The notes beneath the pieces are model-generated. The model saw only the letters and a program-made list of their open reading frames with translations. It had not been told where the DNA came from and did no database searches. DNA of 64,000 nucleotides from the sequence record MT366760.1; one strand, given 5' to 3'. Shown here piece after piece: positions 9,151 through 18,351 of the stretch (positions are counted from its first letter, which is position 1; the number at the start of each line of letters is the position of its first letter). The translations under genes and the position numbers were made by a program.

Positions 9151-10161
9151 ATGAAGTTTGAACGTCACGATTACCTGATTGTAAAAGATGAGAAAGACCG
9201 CAAGCATCTAATTCAAGTCACGGGTAATTCAAAAGCAGAAGTAACTGGCGCACTAGAAAAGTCGCGCCACATCGAAGGTAAAGAAACTGAGTACATGACA
9301 GTTGCCGTTGAAGACGTAATTATCAATCTGGGTAATAAACCCTATGTTGGTATGGTCTATGGTTGTCGGGTAAACCCGTTACAAAACCAACTATCCTGTA
9401 ACTTAGGTGACATCTATATCTACCGTGATAACGTTAAGAAGAAAGAGAAAAAGGCACTAGTTAAAGCAATTAATAGCGCACAAGCCGTCTTGAAGAATCT
9501 AGGTCTACACCACTTTCAGGAAGAACTACGTTTTGAAGTTCATCCCCAAAAAGGTAAATACGTTGGTTGGTATACGGTGTTCTCAGCTAAGTCTGAACGT
9601 TTTGATATGGTGACTCTTAAACCACACACCTTTGACCACCGTGAACTAATGAGTATACTCTATCATGAATTCGGTCATGGTCTAGAACATCACTTGTTCA
9701 CCCCTGAGTTAACTGAAGCTTGGATTAAGCTTTACCATTCTTTCACTACGGTGACGATGGCTACTAAGAAACAAGTGGAAGAAGCCCGTAAAACAGTAAT
9801 TGAACAGGGCTCACACGGATTGGCTCAACAAGTGATGGAAGAGTTTGAGTCATCACTAATTGATGTCTGTGTTGGTTACATTGCTGAGAACCATTACATT
9901 GACCCTAATCGTCTCGAAATATTAATTGAGCAGGGTCATGACTTAGTTGGTTTATGGCCTGAAACACCAATGCCAGTTACTTCAATTCAGAGTCCTATCG
10001 GTGAATACTCGGAAACTAACCCGTCCGAGTTTTTCTGTGAAGCACTTCGTATCCATCTTGATGGTAGTGTTAAACTACCTAAGAAGATTAATAAACTCCT
10101 AACTAAAACACTTAATCAATTACGTGGTCGTAAACCACAAGTTGAAGAAGACGAGGAATAA
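9151..10161 (+). CDS. Zincin metallopeptidase (lethal-factor-like HEXXH...E)
   Basis: LYHEFGH plus downstream YSETNPSEFFCEAL. Confidence 0.7.
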   Translation: MKFERHDYLIVKDEKDRKHLIQVTGNSKAEVTGALEKSRHIEGKETEYMTVAVEDVIINLGNKPYVGMVYGCRVNPLQNQLSCNLGDIYIYRDNVKKKEKKALVKAINSAQAVLKNLGLHHFQEELRFEVHPQKGKYVGWYTVFSAKSERFDMVTLKPHTFDHRELMSILYHEFGHGLEHHLFTPELTEAWIKLYHSFTTVTMATKKQVEEARKTVIEQGSHGLAQQVMEEFESSLIDVCVGYIAENHYIDPNRLEILIEQGHDLVGLWPETPMPVTSIQSPIGEYSETNPSEFFCEALRIHLDGSVKLPKKINKLLTKTLNQLRGRKPQVEEDEE

Positions 10162-10166
10162 TCCTA

Positions 10167-11123
10167 ATGGCACTTACTAAAGAAAAAGCTAAGAAGATTT
10201 TCGATGAACACCTAGCAGCTCGCAAAGACGGTAATTTCATGACTATTACTGAAGACGCCCTAGCTTTGTTAACCAATTCTCAACGTCTGAACTATTACCA
10301 ACATGGTTACGACCATCTGGGTAAACAAATCGACGGTCTAGGCAACACTATCATGCAACATTTCTCTGACGAAATGGGAACTGAACTTGATGGTAAGACT
10401 ATCGGTATCAACGGTGCTTGTGAAATGGCTAGTGACCTACTAGCTACACTACCCGCTCACCGTGAGAATACTAAGAAAATCGCTGAACTAAATGTATTCC
10501 TGCAAGAATCAACTAACGCACAAGTTGGTAAAGGAGTAGTTGCTGAAGTTATCCGACTACTCACGCCTAAAGACGACGAAACATTCGTTCTTAACGCAGG
10601 TGAAGCACTATTTGGTTTCGCAGGTTGGTTAACATCACGTGACGAAGTATCTAAGTTTGGTTCTTCCATTTGGGCTACCCCTGCCGCTGATATGGTTGCT
10701 GAATTTATCAAAGCTAACAACCTATCAGACACGGAAATCCGCGATGAATGGTCGGAACATCTGGTTCACCCAACGTGGACATTAGCTGATTCAGGTTACC
10801 CAGAAGAATCAATTACAGCCTACTTCTCACGTGGTGACGAAGATCTACCACTCCTACCACTAGCGTGTTACCTGTGGGGTATTATCGACGATATTGATAC
10901 TGCCTTCGACGTTTGTAAAGATAACGACGTTGCACTACGTGAATCAGTCCAACACCTACAGAATAAGCGATGGAAAACAGGTGTTACAACGGATGGTCAC
11001 CGCCTGTTATTGGGTAACATTAACGTACCTAAACACTACGTGGAGGGTACTGACTACTCCCTATCAACGTTCCCCGAAATTGCATTAGAAGCTGAAACTC
11101 CTAGTATCGGCACTGAAGAATAA
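10167..11123 (+). CDS. Hypothetical protein
   Basis: 318-aa ORF; no family recognised. Confidence 0.75.
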   Translation: MALTKEKAKKIFDEHLAARKDGNFMTITEDALALLTNSQRLNYYQHGYDHLGKQIDGLGNTIMQHFSDEMGTELDGKTIGINGACEMASDLLATLPAHRENTKKIAELNVFLQESTNAQVGKGVVAEVIRLLTPKDDETFVLNAGEALFGFAGWLTSRDEVSKFGSSIWATPAADMVAEFIKANNLSDTEIRDEWSEHLVHPTWTLADSGYPEESITAYFSRGDEDLPLLPLACYLWGIIDDIDTAFDVCKDNDVALRESVQHLQNKRWKTGVTTDGHRLLLGNINVPKHYVEGTDYSLSTFPEIALEAETPSIGTEE

Positions 11124-11212
11124 TGTAAATAGTTGGTATGAACGCTAGCCGAGGACGGATGAATGTTCTCGGCTTTTCTAATTTTAATAACCCGATAACT
11201 GAGGGAGCACTC

Positions 11213-12829
11213 ATGGCACGTAAAAAGAGTAGCACTCCGCAACCTGGTGAATACAACTTAGTTCCCGCAGGATTGTTTAGTGTTAACCATAGCGGGATGG
11301 GGTTGTATGTTCGTTACTGTAAGAACCCTAACCGTATTGATGTTGTAGAGATGTCGCCACGACACGTTTATATCAAGTGTCCTGACCGAGACCTCTATTT
11401 GGTCAGTGCTGCACACCACGCATCACACCTACGACCATCAGCAGGTACATACGATAAGTATGTTAACCTTAGCCTATTCCACGATCTCAACGCTGTAGAC
11501 CACGACATCCCTTACTACATGGTGAATTATACTCAGTCACTAGGTAAAGAAGACAAGTCCCATGGGAACCGCAGACTAGACCCACGACCAATCGGGGAAA
11601 AACAAAGCAAAATTATTTCGGACTCAGGCGGCTTCCAAATTCTAATGGGACGCACCGAATACATTGACCCTCTGCAGATCATCCAATGGTATAACGAAAA
11701 CGTTGATGTCGGTCTAATTCTCGATATCCCAACATTCGTTAACAAGGATGGGTTACTCGACCGTCTAGCACGTATCCAACAAAAGAATACCCAAATCATG
11801 TTGGACAACAAACGTGACACCCTTGAACTAATGAACATCTTCCATGGACACACACCGGAGGATGTACGTAAATTCCGTGAAATAACTGAACACCCTGACA
11901 TCAACCGACTAGCGTTTGGTGCATCTTACTTGGATACCGTTATGTCTAGTCTTGGTAAGATTGCTGAAATGATGCACACGGGTAAGAAGTATGACCAGTA
12001 CCACATGTTGGGCGTTGCAAACCTGAAGCAAGTATACCCACTTATCTACATGGCTAAGAAGGGATTCGCTCCAGAAATATCTAGTGATGCTTCCACATGG
12101 CTACAGGAATCTACTTCAAAAGGCTACTACCACCAAGAGCACATTTCGGAACCACCTGGCTTCATTAAAATGTTCGACAAGGTAAATGCACCATCACCCT
12201 ATAATACACTACCATGTAATTGTCCTGTGTGTAGCAACATTAAATACACAGATGCACTATCAGTGATTAATGGTAACGTGACAACATTCCTCATGGCTCA
12301 CCATAACATGTATGCCTACAATAATGTCGTGCAAGCGATGAAAGGTATCATGGCGGAAGCATCCCTTAAGGAAATTAAGGAACTCGTTGCACGCCAATTC
12401 AGAACACGTAGTGGTAAGGATGAAGCACTCAAATCATTCGACTTTATCGAATCTATTTCTGAACATGGTGTTGATTCCTCGTACAAGAAGTTCGGCTACT
12501 ACTTGAACTCTATGAAGAGTAACATGTCTAGTAACAAGACACTCTTCGGTAAGGAGGAAGAGGATGTTGGTGAAAACGGTATCGTTCAGATTGCTGATGA
12601 CGACCCACGCCTGATTCGCACACTTGAAGTATGTGATATTTACGAAGGTAAAACTGAGCGTAAACATGGTGCTAAAAATGCCAACGCGAAGAAAACGGGA
12701 CACTTGAAAGCTAGCTCTGGTGCTAAGGGAACGGCGGGTAAACGTAAGAAACCTAAAAAGGTAAAGGCGAAAGCTAAAGACACTAAGAAGGTGACTACCA
12801 ATGCCAAAGCAAAGAGTACGAAAAAGTAA
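11213..12829 (+). CDS. tRNA-guanine transglycosylase-like / DpdA-like base-exchange enzyme
   Basis: DSGGFQ (catalytic Asp), LILDIP, YHMLGV, SSDAS (second Asp) and Zn site CNCPVC...HHN; basic C-terminal tail. Start refined to ATG 11213 (RBS GGGAG). Confidence 0.88.
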   Translation: MARKKSSTPQPGEYNLVPAGLFSVNHSGMGLYVRYCKNPNRIDVVEMSPRHVYIKCPDRDLYLVSAAHHASHLRPSAGTYDKYVNLSLFHDLNAVDHDIPYYMVNYTQSLGKEDKSHGNRRLDPRPIGEKQSKIISDSGGFQILMGRTEYIDPLQIIQWYNENVDVGLILDIPTFVNKDGLLDRLARIQQKNTQIMLDNKRDTLELMNIFHGHTPEDVRKFREITEHPDINRLAFGASYLDTVMSSLGKIAEMMHTGKKYDQYHMLGVANLKQVYPLIYMAKKGFAPEISSDASTWLQESTSKGYYHQEHISEPPGFIKMFDKVNAPSPYNTLPCNCPVCSNIKYTDALSVINGNVTTFLMAHHNMYAYNNVVQAMKGIMAEASLKEIKELVARQFRTRSGKDEALKSFDFIESISEHGVDSSYKKFGYYLNSMKSNMSSNKTLFGKEEEDVGENGIVQIADDDPRLIRTLEVCDIYEGKTERKHGAKNANAKKTGHLKASSGAKGTAGKRKKPKKVKAKAKDTKKVTTNAKAKSTKK

Positions 12830-13265
12830 AAACCAAAAATCAGACGAGGGTTTGAGTGTTGCTAAACTAATACAGACCACTCGTCGATTCCGATACTTAG
12901 ACGCATCATCAAGGGACGTTCGCTTATACCGACCACTTCGTATGAAGGGCGAGAACGGGGTACGCATTGAGGCTTCAGCTAAATCGCGTATTTCGAAGCA
13001 AAATAGAAACCCACAAGTACACAGATGCTCTATGGAATGTATTAATGGCTATGACCGCTTAACACATAAGAAAGCACGCGTTAAGGTTTCTTGTGATTGT
13101 GAGTTCTTTACATACACATGTGAGGTCGCACTATATCGCTATGGAGCTGCTGATATCATCTTTAGTAATGGTGAATACCCGTACTCCACAAACCCCCGTG
13201 GTTTACCTATTATGTGTAAGCACCTTTTATCCATGGCTAAAGCTATTCAGAAGAAAGGGTTCTGA
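12801..13265 (+). CDS. SWIM-type zinc-finger protein
   Basis: VSCDCEFF...MCKHL (CxC...CxH). Confidence 0.65.
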   Translation: MPKQRVRKSKNQKSDEGLSVAKLIQTTRRFRYLDASSRDVRLYRPLRMKGENGVRIEASAKSRISKQNRNPQVHRCSMECINGYDRLTHKKARVKVSCDCEFFTYTCEVALYRYGAADIIFSNGEYPYSTNPRGLPIMCKHLLSMAKAIQKKGF

Positions 13266-13270
13266 TTATT

Positions 13271-14218
13271 GTGTCAGACTCTATGAGCTACCTAAAGGCT
13301 AACGACCCCAATGAGATGCAGTTGTCATCTAATCAGATATTCACATTGTTTGACGACCTGATTTATCGAGCAGTAGACTGCCTGATTGATAACTGCGACT
13401 TCGTTGACAAATCATTAGCCTCAGTATTATCTTGGTATAACGCCAACAAGAGAAGACGTTTAAGTAGATTAGTCCGACAAGAAGCTGTCAGCTTAATGAT
13501 GAGCTACCTGATAACACCCGACCGCGAACTTAAGAAAGAAATACTCCGCGAGTTGATGTTAGAAAGGGGTTTAATGTTAGCTATACTAGAACAGTTCCTT
13601 GTAGTAACTAAGAACTACCAAACGTGTGTCCACCGAACAATAAATTTTAACTCTCGTTACTATAATTCGGTGTCCCAAGAACGCAGGTCTATTGAGAGAC
13701 AAGTCGGTGTTCTAAAGGATGGGAACTTGTATTGCGCAATCAACACTATTGACCTGTGGCATTCTACAGCTATAGATATGCGTAATAGGATAATGCGTAA
13801 ACACACTAGATACATCTTTAGTAAAGTTCGTTCAGAAGGTAATCGGGCAACCACGCCTATAGACTTGAATGACATGGCTCAGAATTATGTAGTCGCACTA
13901 CTCAAGGCTATCTATAAATACTTACCTGAACGTGGTACTTTCCAATCGTACCTTGAATACTGGTTACTTGATGCTAAGACCAACAGTGGTTCCAAACACT
14001 ATTATGGTTTAGCCTTTGATGTGCCCAGTATGGAAACTTTAGAAAAGAATTCACTCTCAAATTTATCTATCCCTCTATCAGCAGAAGAAGTTCAGATGGT
14101 GTCTACTCATGGCGTCGAACAGGAAGTTTGCGATAACTCGCATATCCTTAGAATCCGTGAGTTAGCTTTATACGCAGATCCACTTGGATATGCACGTGAA
14201 GCGTTAAACATCGACTAA
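13271..14218 (+). CDS. Phage RNA polymerase sigma factor (sigma70-like region 2)
   Basis: DLNDMAQNYVVALLKAIYKYLPERGTFQSYLEYWL resembles sigma regions 2.2-2.4. Confidence 0.75.
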   Translation: MSDSMSYLKANDPNEMQLSSNQIFTLFDDLIYRAVDCLIDNCDFVDKSLASVLSWYNANKRRRLSRLVRQEAVSLMMSYLITPDRELKKEILRELMLERGLMLAILEQFLVVTKNYQTCVHRTINFNSRYYNSVSQERRSIERQVGVLKDGNLYCAINTIDLWHSTAIDMRNRIMRKHTRYIFSKVRSEGNRATTPIDLNDMAQNYVVALLKAIYKYLPERGTFQSYLEYWLLDAKTNSGSKHYYGLAFDVPSMETLEKNSLSNLSIPLSAEEVQMVSTHGVEQEVCDNSHILRIRELALYADPLGYAREALNID

Positions 14219-14270
14219 TGTTTCTGTAAATAAATATCACAACACAAGCTAAACTCAATTGGAGAATAAC

Positions 14271-15266
14271 ATGGCTGAAAGAAAACGTGGCTTTGGCGGT
14301 TTAAAGACTGGAGGCGACAAAGCTAAACGTCTAGAAGATCAGGTAGAAATGTTGACACTGCCGAAGGACGGTTCGTGGGTTACAGTTCGTATCATAGGTG
14401 ATGTTCATTCCACCGCTATCCGTTGGATTGACATCATTACCCAGAAAGGTCAGATCTCAATTCCTAAAGTAGCGCTGAACTACGATGCGGATACCGACGA
14501 CTTCGATTCAACAATTGAAGATCCGTACGAAGAAATTTCTAACCCTCAACGTTTAAGTACAACGCACTACGTTAACGTTCTAGTTCGTGATCTTGAAGAC
14601 ACTGAACCTAAGAAGAACAAACCAACATCAGGTGAGAAAAAGTCGGGTTTCAAAGACAAGAACTCTAAGTCGTGGACGCCAATTCGTGTACTACGTGTTC
14701 CTAAAGGTCTTGCGGGTAAACTGGCTAGTCTTATCGCCCTTAACAAGCACAAGACTAAGAAAGGTACTGAAGCATTCGAACTATCCGACATCGAGTATGG
14801 TTGTGATGTTCACGTATCCTTCGACGATAGTAAGTCGCCTAGTGAGAAGTACTCAGTTCAAAAAGCAGAACATACTCCGCTGTCTAAAGCTGAACAGAAA
14901 CTACTAGTATGGGACATCGCAACCAATCTAACCCCACCTGAATCATTGGAAGTAGCTCGTAAAGAAGCTGAAAACTTGGAAGGTAAAGCTCCAATGGACG
15001 AAGAAGACGACGGTGACGAAGACGATTTCGATGTCAAAGACAAAAAGAAAAAGTCTAAAAAGTCTAAGAAAGACGATGATAAGAAGTCTAAAGACAAAAA
15101 GTCTAAGGGTAAGAAAGACTTCGATATCGACGACGATTTCAAAGACGATAAAAAGTCTAAAAAGTCTAAGAAAGACGACAAAGCTAAGTCTAAGAAAGAT
15201 GACGGTAAAAAGTCTAAGAAAGACGACAAAGCTAAATCTAAAGACAAAAAGAAAAAGAAGAAGTAA
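14271..15266 (+). CDS. Single-stranded DNA-binding protein (T4 gp32-like) with K/D/S-rich tail
   Basis: VTVRIIG, HYVNVLVRD and GCDVHVSFD...YSV fold pattern; lies upstream of the recombinase; low-complexity tail. Confidence 0.7.
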   Translation: MAERKRGFGGLKTGGDKAKRLEDQVEMLTLPKDGSWVTVRIIGDVHSTAIRWIDIITQKGQISIPKVALNYDADTDDFDSTIEDPYEEISNPQRLSTTHYVNVLVRDLEDTEPKKNKPTSGEKKSGFKDKNSKSWTPIRVLRVPKGLAGKLASLIALNKHKTKKGTEAFELSDIEYGCDVHVSFDDSKSPSEKYSVQKAEHTPLSKAEQKLLVWDIATNLTPPESLEVARKEAENLEGKAPMDEEDDGDEDDFDVKDKKKKSKKSKKDDDKKSKDKKSKGKKDFDIDDDFKDDKKSKKSKKDDKAKSKKDDGKKSKKDDKAKSKDKKKKKK

Positions 15267-15353
15267 CCCTTCACTAACACTGTAAATATGTGGTGTGGCA
15301 ACAACGTCACATCACACTCAATAAATTAAATCTCATTATTAGGAAAACCTATC

Positions 15354-16112
15354 ATGGCTAAAAAAGTAAATGTTGCTGAACTACTAGTTGAAGCTGTTAC
15401 CCTTAACGTTACTCTTGGTGAACTTATCGGTGATGCTGATGAGAAGTGTGGTGATAAGAAGGTTACCAAACTACTTGGTAAAGCTGCTGAAGCTCAAGAA
15501 GAATTGAGCGAACTACTTAACAAACTAGCAGGTGACTCGGACGCTGACGCTGAAGAAGAAACTGAAGTTGACATTGAAGAGCTGCGCGAGCAAGCTATCG
15601 AACTTGGCATGAAAAAGAAAGATGCCAAGAAAGCAGACGAAGACGAGCTGCAAGAATTCATTGATGAAAACTCTGAAGAAGAGGAAGAAGTCGATGAAGA
15701 CGAACTCCGTGAAGAAGCTATCGAACTTGGCATGAAAAAGAAAGATGCTAAGAAAGCTTCAGTAGAAGAACTCCAAGAGTTCATTGAAGAAAATGCCGAA
15801 GAAGAGGAAGAAGGCGAAGAAGAAGAGGAAGAAGTAGACATCGAAGATCTTCGTGAACAAGCAATCGCTTTAGGCATGAAAAAGAAAGATGCTAAGAAAG
15901 CGGATGAAGACGAACTTCAAGAATTCATCGACGAAAACGGTGAAGAAGAAGGCGAAGAAGAGGAGGAAGAAGATGAAATCAACCTCGATGAACTAGAAGA
16001 CGACGAACTAATCGCACTAGCTGTCAAAATGAAACTAGGTAAGAAGAAAGATCTTGCTGACGTTAAAGCTAAGAAACTTCGTAAAATGATTGCGGAAGCT
16101 CTAGAAGACTGA
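15354..16112 (+). CDS. Highly acidic protein with tandem ~36-aa helical repeats
   Basis: Three near-identical EVDIEELREQAIELGMKKKDAKKADEDELQEFIDEN units plus a degenerate fourth, separated by poly-Glu linkers. Confidence 0.85.
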   Translation: MAKKVNVAELLVEAVTLNVTLGELIGDADEKCGDKKVTKLLGKAAEAQEELSELLNKLAGDSDADAEEETEVDIEELREQAIELGMKKKDAKKADEDELQEFIDENSEEEEEVDEDELREEAIELGMKKKDAKKASVEELQEFIEENAEEEEEGEEEEEEVDIEDLREQAIALGMKKKDAKKADEDELQEFIDENGEEEGEEEEEEDEINLDELEDDELIALAVKMKLGKKKDLADVKAKKLRKMIAEALED

Positions 16113-16253
16113 AAGAGTAACGGTAAGTCGGGTGGTGTGAACTACAACCCATCTTCAGGTGGATTCTTTAATGAAGCACCGGATGCGTTGGAAGACGGGA
16201 ACCGCCCGTCAACCCCGAAGTCTTCTAAGAAGAAAAAGCGCAAGTAATAAAAC

Positions 16254-16284
16254 GGCAGGTTGGCGAAAGCTGCCTGCCATTTTA
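16254..16284 (+). terminator. Intrinsic terminator
   Basis: GGCAGG..GC-GAAA-GC..CCTGCC stem followed by ATTTT. Confidence 0.65.
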
Positions 16285-16308
16285 GTTTTCCCTCAATAAG
16301 GATTAATT

Positions 16309-17820
16309 ATGGCACCTAAAAAGAAACCGGCAGGTAAAGCCGTGGACACTGAAGAAAAGCCAAAGAAAACTCCTAAGAAAGCAACGGCAGCAAAGAAAAC
16401 GTCGCCAAGTAAATCAGCCTTAGCAGTATCCGAAGCACTTCAAGACACTTACGACTTACTTGGTGTGTCTAGCCTGTTAGACGATATGGAACGCGAGTTT
16501 AAATTGGCGTCGTCCTCGACTGATACGGATGCACGCTCATCCACATGTGTATCATCTGGTCTACTTATGACTGACTTAATGTTGGCAGGCGGTATCTATG
16601 GTGGTGGTTGGTACACAATACTCGGTCCTGAGGGCTCATGTAAAACTACTCACCTAATGTGTTGGTTAGAACAGTTGTTTATGTCAGATATCCCAATCAT
16701 TCAGCATTGGGATTACGAAGGTTCTACAACACCTGACTATATGCAGTCTATCCTAGAAGGTCGTGGTTCTAAACTTGACGTTAAACGTCTATTCGGTTTA
16801 CGAGATCCCGACCATCCAGAGAAATGGGCAGTTGAACCCCGTATCCGTTACTATCCCGAATCAGAAGGTGAGCGTTTCTACAAAGCAGTTGGTAACCTGC
16901 TTAAACGTCTACCAGACAAACTATGTATCAATGGTATCTGGTACTTAGGGTTCGAACGTACCAAACAAAACATCTCACGACTAAAAGGTAAGTACGATAC
17001 TAAACTTAGCACTAAGTATGGTCGCCTAATGGTGGAGTCACCTAATGGTGGTCAGATGCAAGCACTATTCATCCTTGATTCGTTCCCTGCTATGACTGCC
17101 GAAATCGACGATGAAGGTGAAGGCTCTAACGGTCTAGCACTTGATGCACGTATGCATTCTAAGCACTACAAGAAAGTACGTTCCAAACTGAAACGTAAGA
17201 ATGCTACATTGGTCGGTGTTAACCAAGTCCGTCTAAACCCAGGTGCTCGCTTCGGTAACCCTGAATATGAGCCGTGTGGTAACGCGATTAAACACGCATC
17301 TGATGCTCGTATTCGTCAAGCTCCTCGTGCAATTCCACACGGAACGGGTAGCATCGAAGAAGAAGACTCATGTCTAATCGAAGGTGGTACTGACCAATAC
17401 AAATACATCCATATGCGTGCTGTTAAGAACAAGCTTGGTGTAGACAACCTAGAAGTTTGGCACCGTCTATGGATGGTTGATGGTGAGGGTAAAGGTCGTG
17501 GTATTGACCCCGTGTGGGACACATTCCAGTACCTTAAGTCAACAGGTCAGTGTGACGGTACTATGAAGAAGATGAACATCACGCTTCATGACGGCTCATT
17601 CGAGATATCTAAACTTTCATGGTTCGACTTCAAGTGTCTAGTACTTCTAACTGGCGCTGATCTACGCGCTCATTGTGAAGAACTTGGTATCGACAAAAAT
17701 CCTAAACTTCGTGAGAAGTGTTTCAAGCAGATTGCTTCCGGTGACGGTATGAAACACTACTTCAACACCCTGAATGGCGCGTTGTACGACGAAGAAGAGG
17801 AAGACGAAGACGACCTCTAG
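16309..17820 (+). CDS. recA: RecA/UvsX-like recombinase
   Basis: Walker A GPEGSCKTT, Walker B FILDSFPA, VGVNQVR and GNAIKHASDARI motifs. Confidence 0.92.
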   Translation: MAPKKKPAGKAVDTEEKPKKTPKKATAAKKTSPSKSALAVSEALQDTYDLLGVSSLLDDMEREFKLASSSTDTDARSSTCVSSGLLMTDLMLAGGIYGGGWYTILGPEGSCKTTHLMCWLEQLFMSDIPIIQHWDYEGSTTPDYMQSILEGRGSKLDVKRLFGLRDPDHPEKWAVEPRIRYYPESEGERFYKAVGNLLKRLPDKLCINGIWYLGFERTKQNISRLKGKYDTKLSTKYGRLMVESPNGGQMQALFILDSFPAMTAEIDDEGEGSNGLALDARMHSKHYKKVRSKLKRKNATLVGVNQVRLNPGARFGNPEYEPCGNAIKHASDARIRQAPRAIPHGTGSIEEEDSCLIEGGTDQYKYIHMRAVKNKLGVDNLEVWHRLWMVDGEGKGRGIDPVWDTFQYLKSTGQCDGTMKKMNITLHDGSFEISKLSWFDFKCLVLLTGADLRAHCEELGIDKNPKLREKCFKQIASGDGMKHYFNTLNGALYDEEEEDEDDL

Positions 17821-17829
17821 GCTAAAAGG

Positions 17830-18351
17830 ATGGACAAGGATGTCCGTACGATTATGACTGATAATAACAAACTCTATATTTATCTAGCAGGTCTCCACGA
17901 AACTCGTATGCACATGCAGATGCATCAAAGCTTTATCCGTAACCTAATCAAAGACACATTTGAAACTGATGGGTTCCAACCTGAAGTAGTATTTACTTGT
18001 GAAGATTGGATTAATAACCCTACTTACCAAGTGGTAGACGAAAGGGCTTCTACTGATTATTATGGTGTTAAAAACTGTGACATCTTTATTAGCTTTTCGC
18101 CACATGGTCTGGGTACTTCGAGTGAAATGGGTTATGCTATGGGTTTATCCAAACCCGCTATCCACTTGATGCCAGAAGAATATTATGACAAGGGTAACAC
18201 TGACCTATTACCCCTAGGTAGATACAAGCACGTTACTAACAACGATGATGTGTTCTTCGCTATAACGCACCATGAGTCCAGAATACTCACAACGGATGTT
18301 GAATGGTTTTCATACGCTCTAAGTCGCTTAGCTCGCGGGAAGTTCCTGTGA
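17830..18351 (+). CDS. Nucleoside 2-deoxyribosyltransferase-like / nucleotide N-glycosidase
   Basis: YIYLAG...NCDIFI...GTSSEMGYAMGLSKP is the NDT-family signature. Confidence 0.7.
   Translation: MDKDVRTIMTDNNKLYIYLAGLHETRMHMQMHQSFIRNLIKDTFETDGFQPEVVFTCEDWINNPTYQVVDERASTDYYGVKNCDIFISFSPHGLGTSSEMGYAMGLSKPAIHLMPEEYYDKGNTDLLPLGRYKHVTNNDDVFFAITHHESRILTTDVEWFSYALSRLARGKFL

Noticed and set aside
11213-12829. Complete 7-deazaguanine biosynthesis cluster
   Set aside because: No folE, queD, queE, queC or gat-queC is recognisable in this window.
14567-15877. Long antisense ORFs (14567-14791, 14858-15310, 15494-15877) rich in Ser/Phe/Leu
   Set aside because: They are mirror images of the low-complexity K/D/E-coding sense strand, with no RBS or protein-like features.
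15570-15960. Regular DNA repeats that could be mistaken for a CRISPR array
   Set aside because: They are in-frame protein repeats with synonymous variation and no unique spacers.
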